From Thermodesulfobacteriota bacterium (GTDB lineage: Bacteria; Desulfobacterota_D; UBA1144; Nemesobacterales; UBA2774): a stretch of DNA of 64,000 nt. This document shows positions 9,819 through 18,954 of this stretch, piece after piece. The stretch spans positions 704,001 through 768,000 of the forward strand of contig OY729416.1 in NCBI GenBank assembly GCA_963422265.1, written 5' to 3'. The first letter of the stretch is position 1. The number at the start of each line of letters is the position of its first letter. The position numbers were made by a program, and so were the translations under genes. The notes beneath the pieces were generated by a model that saw nothing but the letters and a program-made list of their open reading frames with translations, searched no databases and was not told the origin of the DNA.

Positions 9819-10874
9819 GTGAACCAGTTTATTGCAAGTATCAAAGGCCGTAGCTCCGCGGAAAATCCGGCTAATAGGTTTGAAAAGATTGAATACGAAC
9901 CTTCCGAAGAAGAAGTCGCGCAAGGAATCTCTCCTAAGACCATATTCTATAAAGACACCGCCAAATCAATAATTACCCGCAATGATAGCCCTGACGTCGG
10001 TTTTAACGCGGGAATCAATCCCTATAGAGGCTGTGAACACGGTTGTATATATTGCTATGCAAGACCAACTCACGAGTTTCTAGGTCTTTCTCTTGGACTG
10101 GATTTTGAGACTAAAATATTTATAAAAGGAGACGCCCCAAAACTGCTTAGAAAAGAGCTTTCCTCAAAAAAATATGAGAGCGAAGCCATAGTAATCAGCG
10201 GCAATACGGACTGCTATCAGCCCGTTGAGAAACATTTTAAGTTGACACGCTCCTGCCTCGAAGTCCTCCTAGAGTTTAATAACCCTACTGCAGTAATTAC
10301 AAAAAACTACCTGGTAACACGTGACCTAGACCTGCTAAAAAAATTTACCGAATGGGACGGCGTGATCGTTGCCATTTCCATCACTACTTTGGATTCAGAA
10401 CTTAGATCCCGTATGGAGCCTAGAACCTCTTCGCCCAGTCTGAGATTAAAAGCCATAGAAGAGCTTTCCAAAAATGGAATTCCGGTGATAGTAATGGTTG
10501 CACCTGTAATACCAGGACTTACCGACCATGAAATCCCTAATATTATAAGTAGCGCCGCTAGCGTCGGGGCGGTAGGAGCAGGCTATATAATGCTTAGACT
10601 GCCATACGGGGTATCGGACATCTTTTCAAGTTGGCTTGAGAGACACTATCCAGATAGAAAGGACAAAGTGCTTAACCGAATAAAATCGGTGCGAGGAGGA
10701 AAACTTAACGACGCTCAGTTCTACGACAGAATGAAGGGACGGGGTATATACGCAGAACAAATAAAGAATTTGTTTGATATATCTTATAGAAAAGCAGGAT
10801 TTGATAAAAATGAAATAAACCTCTCAACCGATCATTTTAATACATCTAGTGAGACGCAGATGAAACTACTATAA
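9819..10874 (+). CDS. PA0069/SplB-like radical SAM protein
   Basis: NPYRGCEHGCIYCYAR (CxxxCxxC), TDCYQPVE, MEPRT. Confidence 0.9.
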   Translation: MNQFIASIKGRSSAENPANRFEKIEYEPSEEEVAQGISPKTIFYKDTAKSIITRNDSPDVGFNAGINPYRGCEHGCIYCYARPTHEFLGLSLGLDFETKIFIKGDAPKLLRKELSSKKYESEAIVISGNTDCYQPVEKHFKLTRSCLEVLLEFNNPTAVITKNYLVTRDLDLLKKFTEWDGVIVAISITTLDSELRSRMEPRTSSPSLRLKAIEELSKNGIPVIVMVAPVIPGLTDHEIPNIISSAASVGAVGAGYIMLRLPYGVSDIFSSWLERHYPDRKDKVLNRIKSVRGGKLNDAQFYDRMKGRGIYAEQIKNLFDISYRKAGFDKNEINLSTDHFNTSSETQMKLL

Positions 10875-10936
10875 AAGCTAAGCTGATTATCACTCAGTAG
10901 GATTTCCAATCTTTTTGTACTCAAAAGCATTATAAG

Positions 10937-12331
10937 CTACCGAGCAAAAGGAACAGCATCAATAACTTCAATACGGACTTCTTCTGGCGCTGCATTTAGA
11001 AATCCAGCTTCGATATCTCTAAAAGTCCTTCTACTATGCGCAGGCAGCACGTCGTAAATTATCGCTCGATTTGAAGACGTTGGAGATCCTCCCCTAAACG
11101 AGAAGAACTTAACCTTAAACTCAATTTTGGCGTAATCAATGCCACTCTTGTTACTAAGCGTGATCTCTGATATCTTGCCTATAGTTTGCGCGACGCCTCC
11201 CCCCCATACAAAATCTTCAACTATAATGTCATGACGAGGAAGTGGGACCTCTTCAACTTCATACTGGTCTTGGGCTAGCGTAGTTTGCTTGTCCGGCAAT
11301 TGTTCTTTGTCTTGCAGGGGCTTTTGCTCGGACCCTATTGCCGGTTCTTTAAGTGCTACACTATCCTCAAGTCCAACTGACGCTCCTTCCCGCTCTTGCT
11401 CTAACCTTTTCTTGTATCTTTCAGATAGAGAAAGCCTTTTGCTTCCCTGGGATTCATAATCTTGCTGTAAAGACTTGTCCAAGTTAGCGTCACTTTCTAA
11501 CCTCTTTACGGATTTGCCTTCCTTTTGAGCAATCCTGTAACGTAGCTCCTTTTCAGATATGAGCTTTGCACTTACCACGCTTACCATGTCTCTGCTCGCG
11601 CCCGGATGCCTGAAGCCAACGTTCACGTCCTTAAACGTCACCTCACCTTTAGCTGGAATAACGTCGTGGATAACCGCTCTGCCAGCAAATCCTTTGCTCC
11701 CAACCTTAACGTTGCTCGCACCTGAAAAGTCAACCCTTATCTTAACGTCTTTCCAATTCTCATTGCTCTTGTTTACCAAGGTTAGTTCTTTCAGAATTCC
11801 TTCCGTTCCATATTGCCCTCCTATCCATTCCCAATCCTTTACTAATATAATATCCTTTACCTGAGTAGAATCTTCATCTTCAATTAACTCCGCCCCTACT
11901 ACTCTCGCAACGGTGTTTTGAAGTTCCGAGTGCATCATGCCAAATTCAATATTATAAAACGTTTTCTCGCTCCCAGACCGTAAGACGTCACTTATCATTG
12001 ATCTCAAAGAACCAATCGAAATACCGTTACCAGAATATAAATCAACTTCAATCGCAATATTTTCGTAGTCTTCCTCGCCACGATTCTCAAGGGTAATCTC
12101 TCCCAAAATGGCAGCCCTGCCCATCCCACCGGAAGCCCATTTATAGTCCTTAACCACTATGACACTCTTTGGAGACTCCGTTTTTTTTCTTATAGCGTTC
12201 ACGTCTTGGACAACGAGGTTAAGAAAACAAAACGAAAATATGGCTACTGTCATAAGGTTTAATATCTGATTAGCGAATCCGTAGCTATTAAGTCTGAATT
12301 TTGTAAGTCTCAATTTTGTCATGTAAGGCAT
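10937..12331 (-). CDS. Membrane-anchored or secreted hypothetical protein with three similar beta-rich (FxLYD-like) domains
   Basis: N-terminal hydrophobic stretch; three repeats of the pattern IxVxDxxWxGG...xEITLxNxxxxxYxxIxxxVxF. Confidence 0.7.
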   Translation of the reverse strand: MPYMTKLRLTKFRLNSYGFANQILNLMTVAIFSFCFLNLVVQDVNAIRKKTESPKSVIVVKDYKWASGGMGRAAILGEITLENRGEEDYENIAIEVDLYSGNGISIGSLRSMISDVLRSGSEKTFYNIEFGMMHSELQNTVARVVGAELIEDEDSTQVKDIILVKDWEWIGGQYGTEGILKELTLVNKSNENWKDVKIRVDFSGASNVKVGSKGFAGRAVIHDVIPAKGEVTFKDVNVGFRHPGASRDMVSVVSAKLISEKELRYRIAQKEGKSVKRLESDANLDKSLQQDYESQGSKRLSLSERYKKRLEQEREGASVGLEDSVALKEPAIGSEQKPLQDKEQLPDKQTTLAQDQYEVEEVPLPRHDIIVEDFVWGGGVAQTIGKISEITLSNKSGIDYAKIEFKVKFFSFRGGSPTSSNRAIIYDVLPAHSRRTFRDIEAGFLNAAPEEVRIEVIDAVPFAR

Positions 12332-12410
12332 TTTAGCTCCTCAAATAGTTTTGACGTTTATGTTATAGATCAGTAATATATACTTATGTATAAGAAAGCC
12401 AATATACCTT

Positions 12411-12432
12411 ATATTGACGACATATTGACGAC
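12411..12432. repeat. 11-bp tandem direct repeat ATATTGACGAC x2 in a divergent promoter region
   Basis: Read directly at 12411-12421 and 12422-12432. Confidence 0.75.
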
Positions 12433-12501
12433 GGATGTATGAAAACTGACTCATATAAAAAAGTAACCACTAAATTAACAACTATAGAGTAACCGATAAA
12501 A

Positions 12502-12822
12502 ATGGGCGTTTACGTTCTACTAAGCAAGCTTACCCCTGAAGGTAGGAGGACAATCAAGGAGAGGCCTCATAGGATAAAGGAAGTAGTTAAGGAATTGAAA
12601 GAATCGGGCGTGAAGGTATTTCAGCAATACGCGACGCTAGGTCAATATGATTTTATCAACATAGTTGAGGCGCCCGACAACGAGACAATAAGCAGGATTT
12701 CCGTTGACTTGTGCTCACGGGGGACAGTCGAGATTGTTACCTTGGCAGCAGTTCCAATAAACTCTTACGTGTCCACTCTTAAGAACGCCCAAATAGTTTC
12801 TTCACAGAGGAAGAAAGGCTAA
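12502..12822 (+). CDS. GYD domain protein
   Basis: YATLGQYDFINIVEAPD. Confidence 0.88.
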   Translation: MGVYVLLSKLTPEGRRTIKERPHRIKEVVKELKESGVKVFQQYATLGQYDFINIVEAPDNETISRISVDLCSRGTVEIVTLAAVPINSYVSTLKNAQIVSSQRKKG

Positions 12823-12912
12823 TTCTAATACTAACAAACTTGCGGATAGGGATTTTCACAACCCATATCTAAAAACTAAATATCACAATTATTTCCTAAG
12901 CGTTCACGTAAC

Positions 12913-13083
12913 TTGATAAGAAAAATTTTCAAAGAGTTTAAGAGAATTTTGAAAGACCACTCTGAAGACGTTTATGGAGTAGGATCCCGCATTACACTTT
13001 CCCTTTATATTATTCTATCCATAGCGTGCCTTGTCGTGCCGCTACTCTTTCTTCTTATACTGATTTTGTTAAAGGTTATTTAA
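12913..13083 (+). CDS. Putative 56-aa single-TM membrane protein
   Basis: Manual translation from TTG: MIRKIFKEFKRILKDHSEDVYGVGSRITLSLYIILSIACLVVPLLFLLILILLKVI*; no clear SD. Confidence 0.4.
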   Translation: MIRKIFKEFKRILKDHSEDVYGVGSRITLSLYIILSIACLVVPLLFLLILILLKVI

Positions 13084-13191
13084 CAAATACGAAAACACAC
13101 CCCCTGTCGCTACTTACTTGTTATCCTTAACTGCTTGTCTCGCCAGTCTTTTGACCGAACTATTAATCCTATGTAACATAGCTTTTTATAG

Positions 13192-15003
13192 ATGGGTAAA
13201 ATAAGGATTCTTTCCGACAATTTAGTCTCCAAAATTGCAGCAGGGGAAATAGTCGAAAGACCCGCTTCTGTAGTCAAAGAACTAATTGAAAACTCAATCG
13301 ACGCTAGCAGCACAATGATTGAAGTTGAGATTGAGAACGGCGGGAAAAGGCTAATCAGGGTATCGGATAACGGTGAGGGAATGACAAGAGATGAGTCCCT
13401 TATGTCATTAGAAAGGCACGCGACTAGTAAAATTAAAGATATTAAAGACTTGTTCTCTGTTAGCACGTTGGGGTTCCGAGGCGAAGCAATACCAAGCATA
13501 GCTAGCGTGTCGAGATTCAAGGTAACGACCATATCTCAAGGCGAAGAGATCGGCACTGTAATCAACGTTGAGGGTGGAAAGATAAGAAGCGTTGAGGAAA
13601 TTGGCGCTCCACAAGGCACTACTACAGAAGTTAAGAACTTATTTTATAATACGCCCGCAAGGCTTAAATTTATGAGAAAGATTGAAACCGAAGTTACTAA
13701 CGTTTTAAGCATCGTAGAGCGAGAAGCTATTTCACATCCCGAAATTGGTTTTAGGTTAAACAGCGACGGAAAAACACTGCTCCATTTCCTTGCGAGAAAA
13801 AGTATTGATAAAAGGGTCCAAGAAATATACCCAAACACCAACCTCTTTCCGATCGTCGCAAGCGTAGAAGAAGTAGGCGTGTCGGGTCTTATGTCAAGCC
13901 CGCTTGATCACCGGTCATCCGCTCAAAAGATTTTTATATACGTCAACCTAAGGAGCGTAAAAGATAGACTCTTAACACGCATGATAATCAACTCCTATGG
14001 AAAAATGCTTGAGAAGGGCAAATTTCCACAGGGTGCGCTTTTCGTAGAAATACCACCTGAGCAGGTAGACGTCAACGTCCACCCTAGCAAAAACGAAGTC
14101 AGATTTAAGAACACAAGACTTATTGACGGCTTGATAAAGTCATCAATAACAAGAATGCTTGAAAATGCTCCCTGGATTAAGGATTACCATAAAAGAGTTG
14201 AGGGCGCCGTTAGTAATTTTGAACAAAGACGCTACGACGTTACAATTCCTCATATAAGTCACCTACGTGAACCTAAACGGGCAGTCTATAAAAATTGGAC
14301 TGATACGAACGCCGCCTACGAACGTTTAAGCCAAGAAGGCGCAAACAAGCAAAACGAAACCAAGCCACAAATAACGATCAATAAACCCAAAGGACAAGAT
14401 TTATTCAAGAACAAGGGCTTTTATTCAAGCCTTAAAGTAATTGGTCAACTGGGCGAGCTATACATAGTCTGCGCCTCTCAAAATGGAATGGTTCTCGTAG
14501 ATCAGCACGCCGCCCATGAAAGGATAAATTATGAAAAGGTTAAAAAGGCTTACGCTAAATCAGGCGCCCTCGACGCGCAGGAGATGCTCGTTCCGGAGAC
14601 CGTTGAATTCTCTCCTTATGAAGCAGGTTTGATTGAAAGGCATGGAGAAGAAATTAAACGATTGGGATTAAGGGTAGAGAATTTTGGCGACAACGCCTTC
14701 ATAATTAGATCAACTCCCGCTATATTAAATAATATAGACTGCGCGAGCCTATTAAAAGACATAGCTTCCGAGATTGCCGACGTTGGCATGGAGAAAAGTA
14801 TTAGCGAAAGAATAGACCGCGCAATATCAACAATAGCATGTCACTCATCTATAAGAGCTAACCAAGGGCTTGACGCTCAAAAAATGGAAGCCCTTCTTCA
14901 AGGGCTTGATCATTCAGACTTTCCACACTCGTGTCCCCACGGTAGACCAGTAGCTCGTGAAGTTACGTTTTACGAGATAGAGAAGATGTTTAAAAGAACG
15001 TAG
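13192..15003 (+). CDS. mutL: DNA mismatch repair endonuclease MutL
   Basis: IAAGEIVERPASVVKELIENSIDA, GFRGEA, DQHAAHERINYE, CPHGRP. Confidence 0.98.
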   Translation: MGKIRILSDNLVSKIAAGEIVERPASVVKELIENSIDASSTMIEVEIENGGKRLIRVSDNGEGMTRDESLMSLERHATSKIKDIKDLFSVSTLGFRGEAIPSIASVSRFKVTTISQGEEIGTVINVEGGKIRSVEEIGAPQGTTTEVKNLFYNTPARLKFMRKIETEVTNVLSIVEREAISHPEIGFRLNSDGKTLLHFLARKSIDKRVQEIYPNTNLFPIVASVEEVGVSGLMSSPLDHRSSAQKIFIYVNLRSVKDRLLTRMIINSYGKMLEKGKFPQGALFVEIPPEQVDVNVHPSKNEVRFKNTRLIDGLIKSSITRMLENAPWIKDYHKRVEGAVSNFEQRRYDVTIPHISHLREPKRAVYKNWTDTNAAYERLSQEGANKQNETKPQITINKPKGQDLFKNKGFYSSLKVIGQLGELYIVCASQNGMVLVDQHAAHERINYEKVKKAYAKSGALDAQEMLVPETVEFSPYEAGLIERHGEEIKRLGLRVENFGDNAFIIRSTPAILNNIDCASLLKDIASEIADVGMEKSISERIDRAISTIACHSSIRANQGLDAQKMEALLQGLDHSDFPHSCPHGRPVAREVTFYEIEKMFKRT

Positions 15004-15062
15004 ATACTTAGTCACTTTAAAACACTACGAATTTATTATGATGATTAATGGAGGTTCACAAC

Positions 15063-15635
15063 ATGGGCGTCGTTGAAACAAATCAATTTCACAAAGGGCT
15101 CAAAATTGAGTTTGAAGGAAATATATGGGAGATAATTGAATATCGTCACTCTAAAGTCGCTCAACGAAGCGCCGTGATGAAAACCAAGCTAAGAAACGTA
15201 GTCACCGGAGCCGTTCAGGAAAAGAATTTCCGCTCAGGCGATAGCTTTAAGGTTCCGGACGTGGACAGAAAAACTATGCAGTTTCTCTATAAAGATGACA
15301 TAGGCTATCACTTTATGGATTTAGATACCTACGAGCAGCACAGCCTTACCCCAAATCAAGTCGGTGAAGCAGCTAGGTTTCTAAAAGAACAGCAGGAGTT
15401 AAACGTTCTTTACTTTAATAATGAGCCCATGGGGCTGGAGCTGCCAACGGCTGTTGAGGTTGACGTAGTGGAAACCAATCCCGGCGTAAAAGGAGACACC
15501 GTATCAGGTAGCACTAAGCCCGCTAAGCTAGAGACCGGCGCTACCATCCAGGTGCCTCTTTTTATTGACGTAGGCAACTGTATAAGGGTTGATACAAGAA
15601 CTGGCGAATACTTAGATAGGATTAAAAAGAAGTAA
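15063..15635 (+). CDS. efp: Elongation factor P with a non-canonical tip loop (VAQR)
   Basis: GGAGG SD before ATG 15063; TKLRNVVTG, MQFLY, PGVKGDT, KPAKLETG, VPLFI, VDTRTGEY. Confidence 0.93.
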   Translation: MGVVETNQFHKGLKIEFEGNIWEIIEYRHSKVAQRSAVMKTKLRNVVTGAVQEKNFRSGDSFKVPDVDRKTMQFLYKDDIGYHFMDLDTYEQHSLTPNQVGEAARFLKEQQELNVLYFNNEPMGLELPTAVEVDVVETNPGVKGDTVSGSTKPAKLETGATIQVPLFIDVGNCIRVDTRTGEYLDRIKKK

Positions 15636-15804
15636 GAGCGCGGAGAAAAAAGTCTATAGAAACTCTAAATTGTTGATTTACTTGCATTTTACCATCTACC
15701 CAATAGAATAAAAGTATGTATGAGAAGTAAGAGCACACGCTTCTTAGAACGCGATCAATTGACCTATAATCACCATCAAAACTTAGTAGCCATGGGGAGA
15801 TGAT

Positions 15805-16650
15805 ATGAAAGAATACGCGCATCCTGAAGTCTTGGTAAATACAGATTGGGCAGCAGCCCACGTTGACGATCCTAAGGTAAGGATTATAGAATCGGATGAG
15901 GACGTGCTTTTATACGACGTGGGACACATAGAAGGCGCCGTTAAAGTTGACTGGCAAACAGACCTTCAAGATCAGTTGATTAGGGATTACGTAAATAGAG
16001 ACAAATTTGAGAAGCTCATGTCTGAAAAGGGGATATCTAACGATACCACGGCCGTTTTTTATGGAGATAGAAACAATTGGTGGGCTTGTTACGCCTTTTG
16101 GGTATTTAAGTTGTTTGGACACGAGAAATGCCTTATAATAAACGGCGGAAGACAGAAATGGGTTGAAGAGGGACGCCCGCTCACAAAAGAGGTAAAAGAA
16201 TATCCCAAGACTGATTACCAAGTCTCGGGAACAGATGAATCCATACGCGCATTCAGGGATGACGTTACGGTGCATATGGGGTCTGGCAAACCATTGATAG
16301 ACGTTCGCTCTCCAAAAGAATACAGCGGAGAACTCCTACACATGGAGGCGTACCCACAGGAAGGCGCCCTCCGAGGCGGCCACATTCCCGGGGCTGCGAA
16401 CGTTCCATGGGCTACGGCTGCTAATGAGAACGGCACGTTTAAATCCGCTGACGAGCTTCGATCTATATATATGGAAAGTAAGGGGCTTAAAACTGACGAC
16501 GAAGTTATAGCTTATTGCAGGATTGGGGAGAGGTCATCTCACACCTGGTTTGTGCTGACGTATCTCTTGGGCTTTGAGAGAACAAGAAACTACGACGGTT
16601 CTTGGACGGAGTGGGGTAATCTTGTCAGGGTGCCTATAGAAAGACCTTAA
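15805..16650 (+). CDS. Tandem-rhodanese sulfurtransferase (SseA/CysA-like)
   Basis: [39 protein letters not shown]. Confidence 0.93.
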   Translation: MKEYAHPEVLVNTDWAAAHVDDPKVRIIESDEDVLLYDVGHIEGAVKVDWQTDLQDQLIRDYVNRDKFEKLMSEKGISNDTTAVFYGDRNNWWACYAFWVFKLFGHEKCLIINGGRQKWVEEGRPLTKEVKEYPKTDYQVSGTDESIRAFRDDVTVHMGSGKPLIDVRSPKEYSGELLHMEAYPQEGALRGGHIPGAANVPWATAANENGTFKSADELRSIYMESKGLKTDDEVIAYCRIGERSSHTWFVLTYLLGFERTRNYDGSWTEWGNLVRVPIERP

Positions 16651-16671
16651 TTCACTAAAAACCAGCAACTA

Positions 16672-16702
16672 AAGGATGCGGCTCTCCCAAAGCGGCATCC
16701 TT
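16672..16702 (+). other. Intergenic stem-loop between the sulfurtransferase and sufE (possible terminator or stabiliser)
   Basis: AAGGATGC...GCATCCTT inverted repeat. Confidence 0.5.
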
Positions 16703-16735
16703 CTAGGCTTTTAGCTAACCCCAATTACCACGTTA

Positions 16736-17161
16736 ATGAGTAGGATAAAAGATATAATAGAGGCGTTTCAGGAAGCCGATTATCAGGAGACGCTTGCAAT
16801 GCTTCTTGATTATTCAGAGGTACTACCTGAGATTCCGGATGAATACGTAGAGGCGCGGAACGCCGGTTATAACAGGGTGACAGAGTGCGAAACCCCTGTT
16901 TTTATATGGGTCGACGTGAAAGAGGGTAAAGTCAAAATTTATGCGGACGCCCCCGCGGAATCCCCAACGGTAAGGGGGTTCGTATCCCTCTTGGTTGACG
17001 CATTTGACGGCGCCACCCCAAAAGAGATAGAAGACGCCCCGTCATATCTCATAAATAGTCTCGGCTTGGACCGCAAGCTAGGCACAAGACGCATGTTTGG
17101 ATTGAGCGCTGTGTATAATCGTATTAAAAACGACGTGAAGCACGCAACGCAAATGAGCTAA
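16736..17161 (+). CDS. sufE: SufE family sulfur acceptor
   Basis: RVTECETPVFIW (conserved Cys), ESPTVRGF. Confidence 0.88.
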   Translation: MSRIKDIIEAFQEADYQETLAMLLDYSEVLPEIPDEYVEARNAGYNRVTECETPVFIWVDVKEGKVKIYADAPAESPTVRGFVSLLVDAFDGATPKEIEDAPSYLINSLGLDRKLGTRRMFGLSAVYNRIKNDVKHATQMS

Positions 17162-17170
17162 ATAACCTGA

Positions 17171-17641
17171 TCACTCATCGGTCTTTACTACGTACATCTT
17201 TGGGTTCTGGAGTCTTACCGCTTGCAGTCTTTGCTGTATAATGTGAGCGAATCGTTTTAATAATTCGTAGCCCAGATCGTGATCCTCTTCGCATTTTGCG
17301 CGGATAAAAACCCCATCTAATGAAATCGCTTTTATAGGTGCTACGGCTCTAGCATCAAAATGCCACGTGTAAGGTGGGAATAACCATGACCATCCAAGCG
17401 TGTCATCTTCACCTATCATTTGGATTGTTATAGGATCCCTATCTGGATCAAGCCTCGCTTGTAGGGCTACTATGCCTTCCTGAATAATATAAAAATTTTC
17501 AGCCTTATCGCTCTCTTGAAAAATCACATCTCCCTGGTTAAAACTCACGTTTGACGCCTTTTTAGCTATCATGTCTATATACCTTTGCTCAAGCCCTTTG
17601 AAGCAGTGGTGACATGCGAGAATTGACACTAGCGCATTCAT
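17171..17641 (-). CDS. Stand-alone cyclic nucleotide-binding domain protein
   Basis: GDVIFQE, FYIIQEG, LGWSWLFPPY.WHFDARA; no HTH domain. Confidence 0.88.
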   Translation of the reverse strand: MNALVSILACHHCFKGLEQRYIDMIAKKASNVSFNQGDVIFQESDKAENFYIIQEGIVALQARLDPDRDPITIQMIGEDDTLGWSWLFPPYTWHFDARAVAPIKAISLDGVFIRAKCEEDHDLGYELLKRFAHIIQQRLQAVRLQNPKMYVVKTDE

Positions 17642-17643
17642 TA

Positions 17644-17716
17644 TTATTGTCTCCTCATCATTATTGTCTCCTCATCATTGTCTCTCATTTATTATCTATC
17701 AATCATTGTCTGCTCA
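17644..17716 (-). repeat. 17-bp tandem repeats of the RBS/start region (TGATGAGGAGACAATAA): two perfect and two degenerate copies
   Basis: Plus strand TTATTGTCTCCTCATCA at 17644-17660 and 17661-17677; variants at 17678-17688 and 17702-17716. Confidence 0.8.
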
Positions 17717-17772
17717 GCCACGTGGTTACTTATGAACATATTATATCATCTCCCTCATCTTATGTTCACTAT

Positions 17773-18876
17773 TCAATTCCTTATCTGAAAAAGCATGCCT
17801 GGTAGCTTTCTAATATAACCATTTAACTCAAGGGATAGTAGGGTTGAAAGCACGATTGAAGAATCAGTTCCAGAGAGCTTTATAATATTATCAACGTGCA
17901 AGGGTTCTGCTTTTAATACGGAATATATCGCTTTTTCTCTACCTGAAAGCAAAGAAATCGTATCTTCCCTTGCTTCAGGTTTGCTCTTACGGTGCAGGGC
18001 ATTCAACTGCTCGACTTCACCTAAAACGTCGTCGACTGTCTCAACTAACTTAGCGCCCTTTTTTATAAGCCAGTTAGTTCCTCTACTTAGGTGTTTACCT
18101 ATGTTTCCCGGCACCGCAAACACCTCTTTGTTCTGATCAAGAGCAAAGGACGCGCTTATAAGTGAGCCGCTCTTTGCCGAAGCCTGAACAACTATGACGC
18201 CTAACGAAAGACCGCTTATAATCCTGTTTCTCTGTGGAAAGTTGTGCGCATGAGGTTCTGTGCCTAATGAAAACTCCGAAATGATAGCGCCGTTTTCTGA
18301 AATAGCCTTATAAAGCCTTCTATTTTCTGGAGGGTAGACAACGTCAATACCCGACCCCATTACGCCTATTGTGCGCCCTCCCCTTTTAATTGTTTCTGAA
18401 TGAGCAATGGAATCAACCCCGCGTGCCATACCACTAACTATAGTAATGCCCAAAGCCCCAAGCTCACCTGCTAGAGTTTCCGTGACCTGCCTTCCATATC
18501 TATCAGGAGTTCTTGTCCCCACTATGGCTATAGATATTTCATCCCTTGGGATTATAACCCCTTTCTCATACAGAAAAGGGGGGGGATTATATATACGTTT
18601 AAGGCTTCTAGGATATTCCGGATCATTAAGAGTGAGTAGCTTAAACCCATATCTGTCAATTTTACTTATTTCCCTCTCTACCCTACTCCACCCCTTAAAA
18701 TTCTTAATCGCTTGGACATTCCTCTCTCCTATTCCCTCTACCTTTATCAGCTCTTTGGGCTCGGCTTCGAATATATCTTTAGCATTGTTAAATTTTGAGT
18801 ATAAGTTCTTAGTAAGTACCTCTCCTATCCCATTTACCATGCTAAGAGCTATCCAATACTTCATCTCGCTTCTCAT
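17773..18876 (-). CDS. dprA: DNA-processing protein DprA
   Basis: AIVGTR, IVSGMARGVD, FPQRNRIISGLS, SGSLISA, VFAVPG, C-terminal winged helix. Confidence 0.96.
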   Translation of the reverse strand: MRSEMKYWIALSMVNGIGEVLTKNLYSKFNNAKDIFEAEPKELIKVEGIGERNVQAIKNFKGWSRVEREISKIDRYGFKLLTLNDPEYPRSLKRIYNPPPFLYEKGVIIPRDEISIAIVGTRTPDRYGRQVTETLAGELGALGITIVSGMARGVDSIAHSETIKRGGRTIGVMGSGIDVVYPPENRRLYKAISENGAIISEFSLGTEPHAHNFPQRNRIISGLSLGVIVVQASAKSGSLISASFALDQNKEVFAVPGNIGKHLSRGTNWLIKKGAKLVETVDDVLGEVEQLNALHRKSKPEAREDTISLLSGREKAIYSVLKAEPLHVDNIIKLSGTDSSIVLSTLLSLELNGYIRKLPGMLFQIRN

Positions 18877-18954
18877 TCTAATTTTTAGCGCTTTAATTTA
18901 ATACTCTCAGACAAACCTGACGCCCTAGACGCACCAGTTATAATCTAACCTAAT

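Noticed and set aside
15720-15803. 27-codon uORF before the sulfurtransferase
   Set aside because: It has no Cys-rich sensing codons, no clear SD and no attenuator structure; likely chance.
17641-17716. 17-bp repeats as a mini-CRISPR
   Set aside because: The units are directly adjacent, too short and have no spacers.
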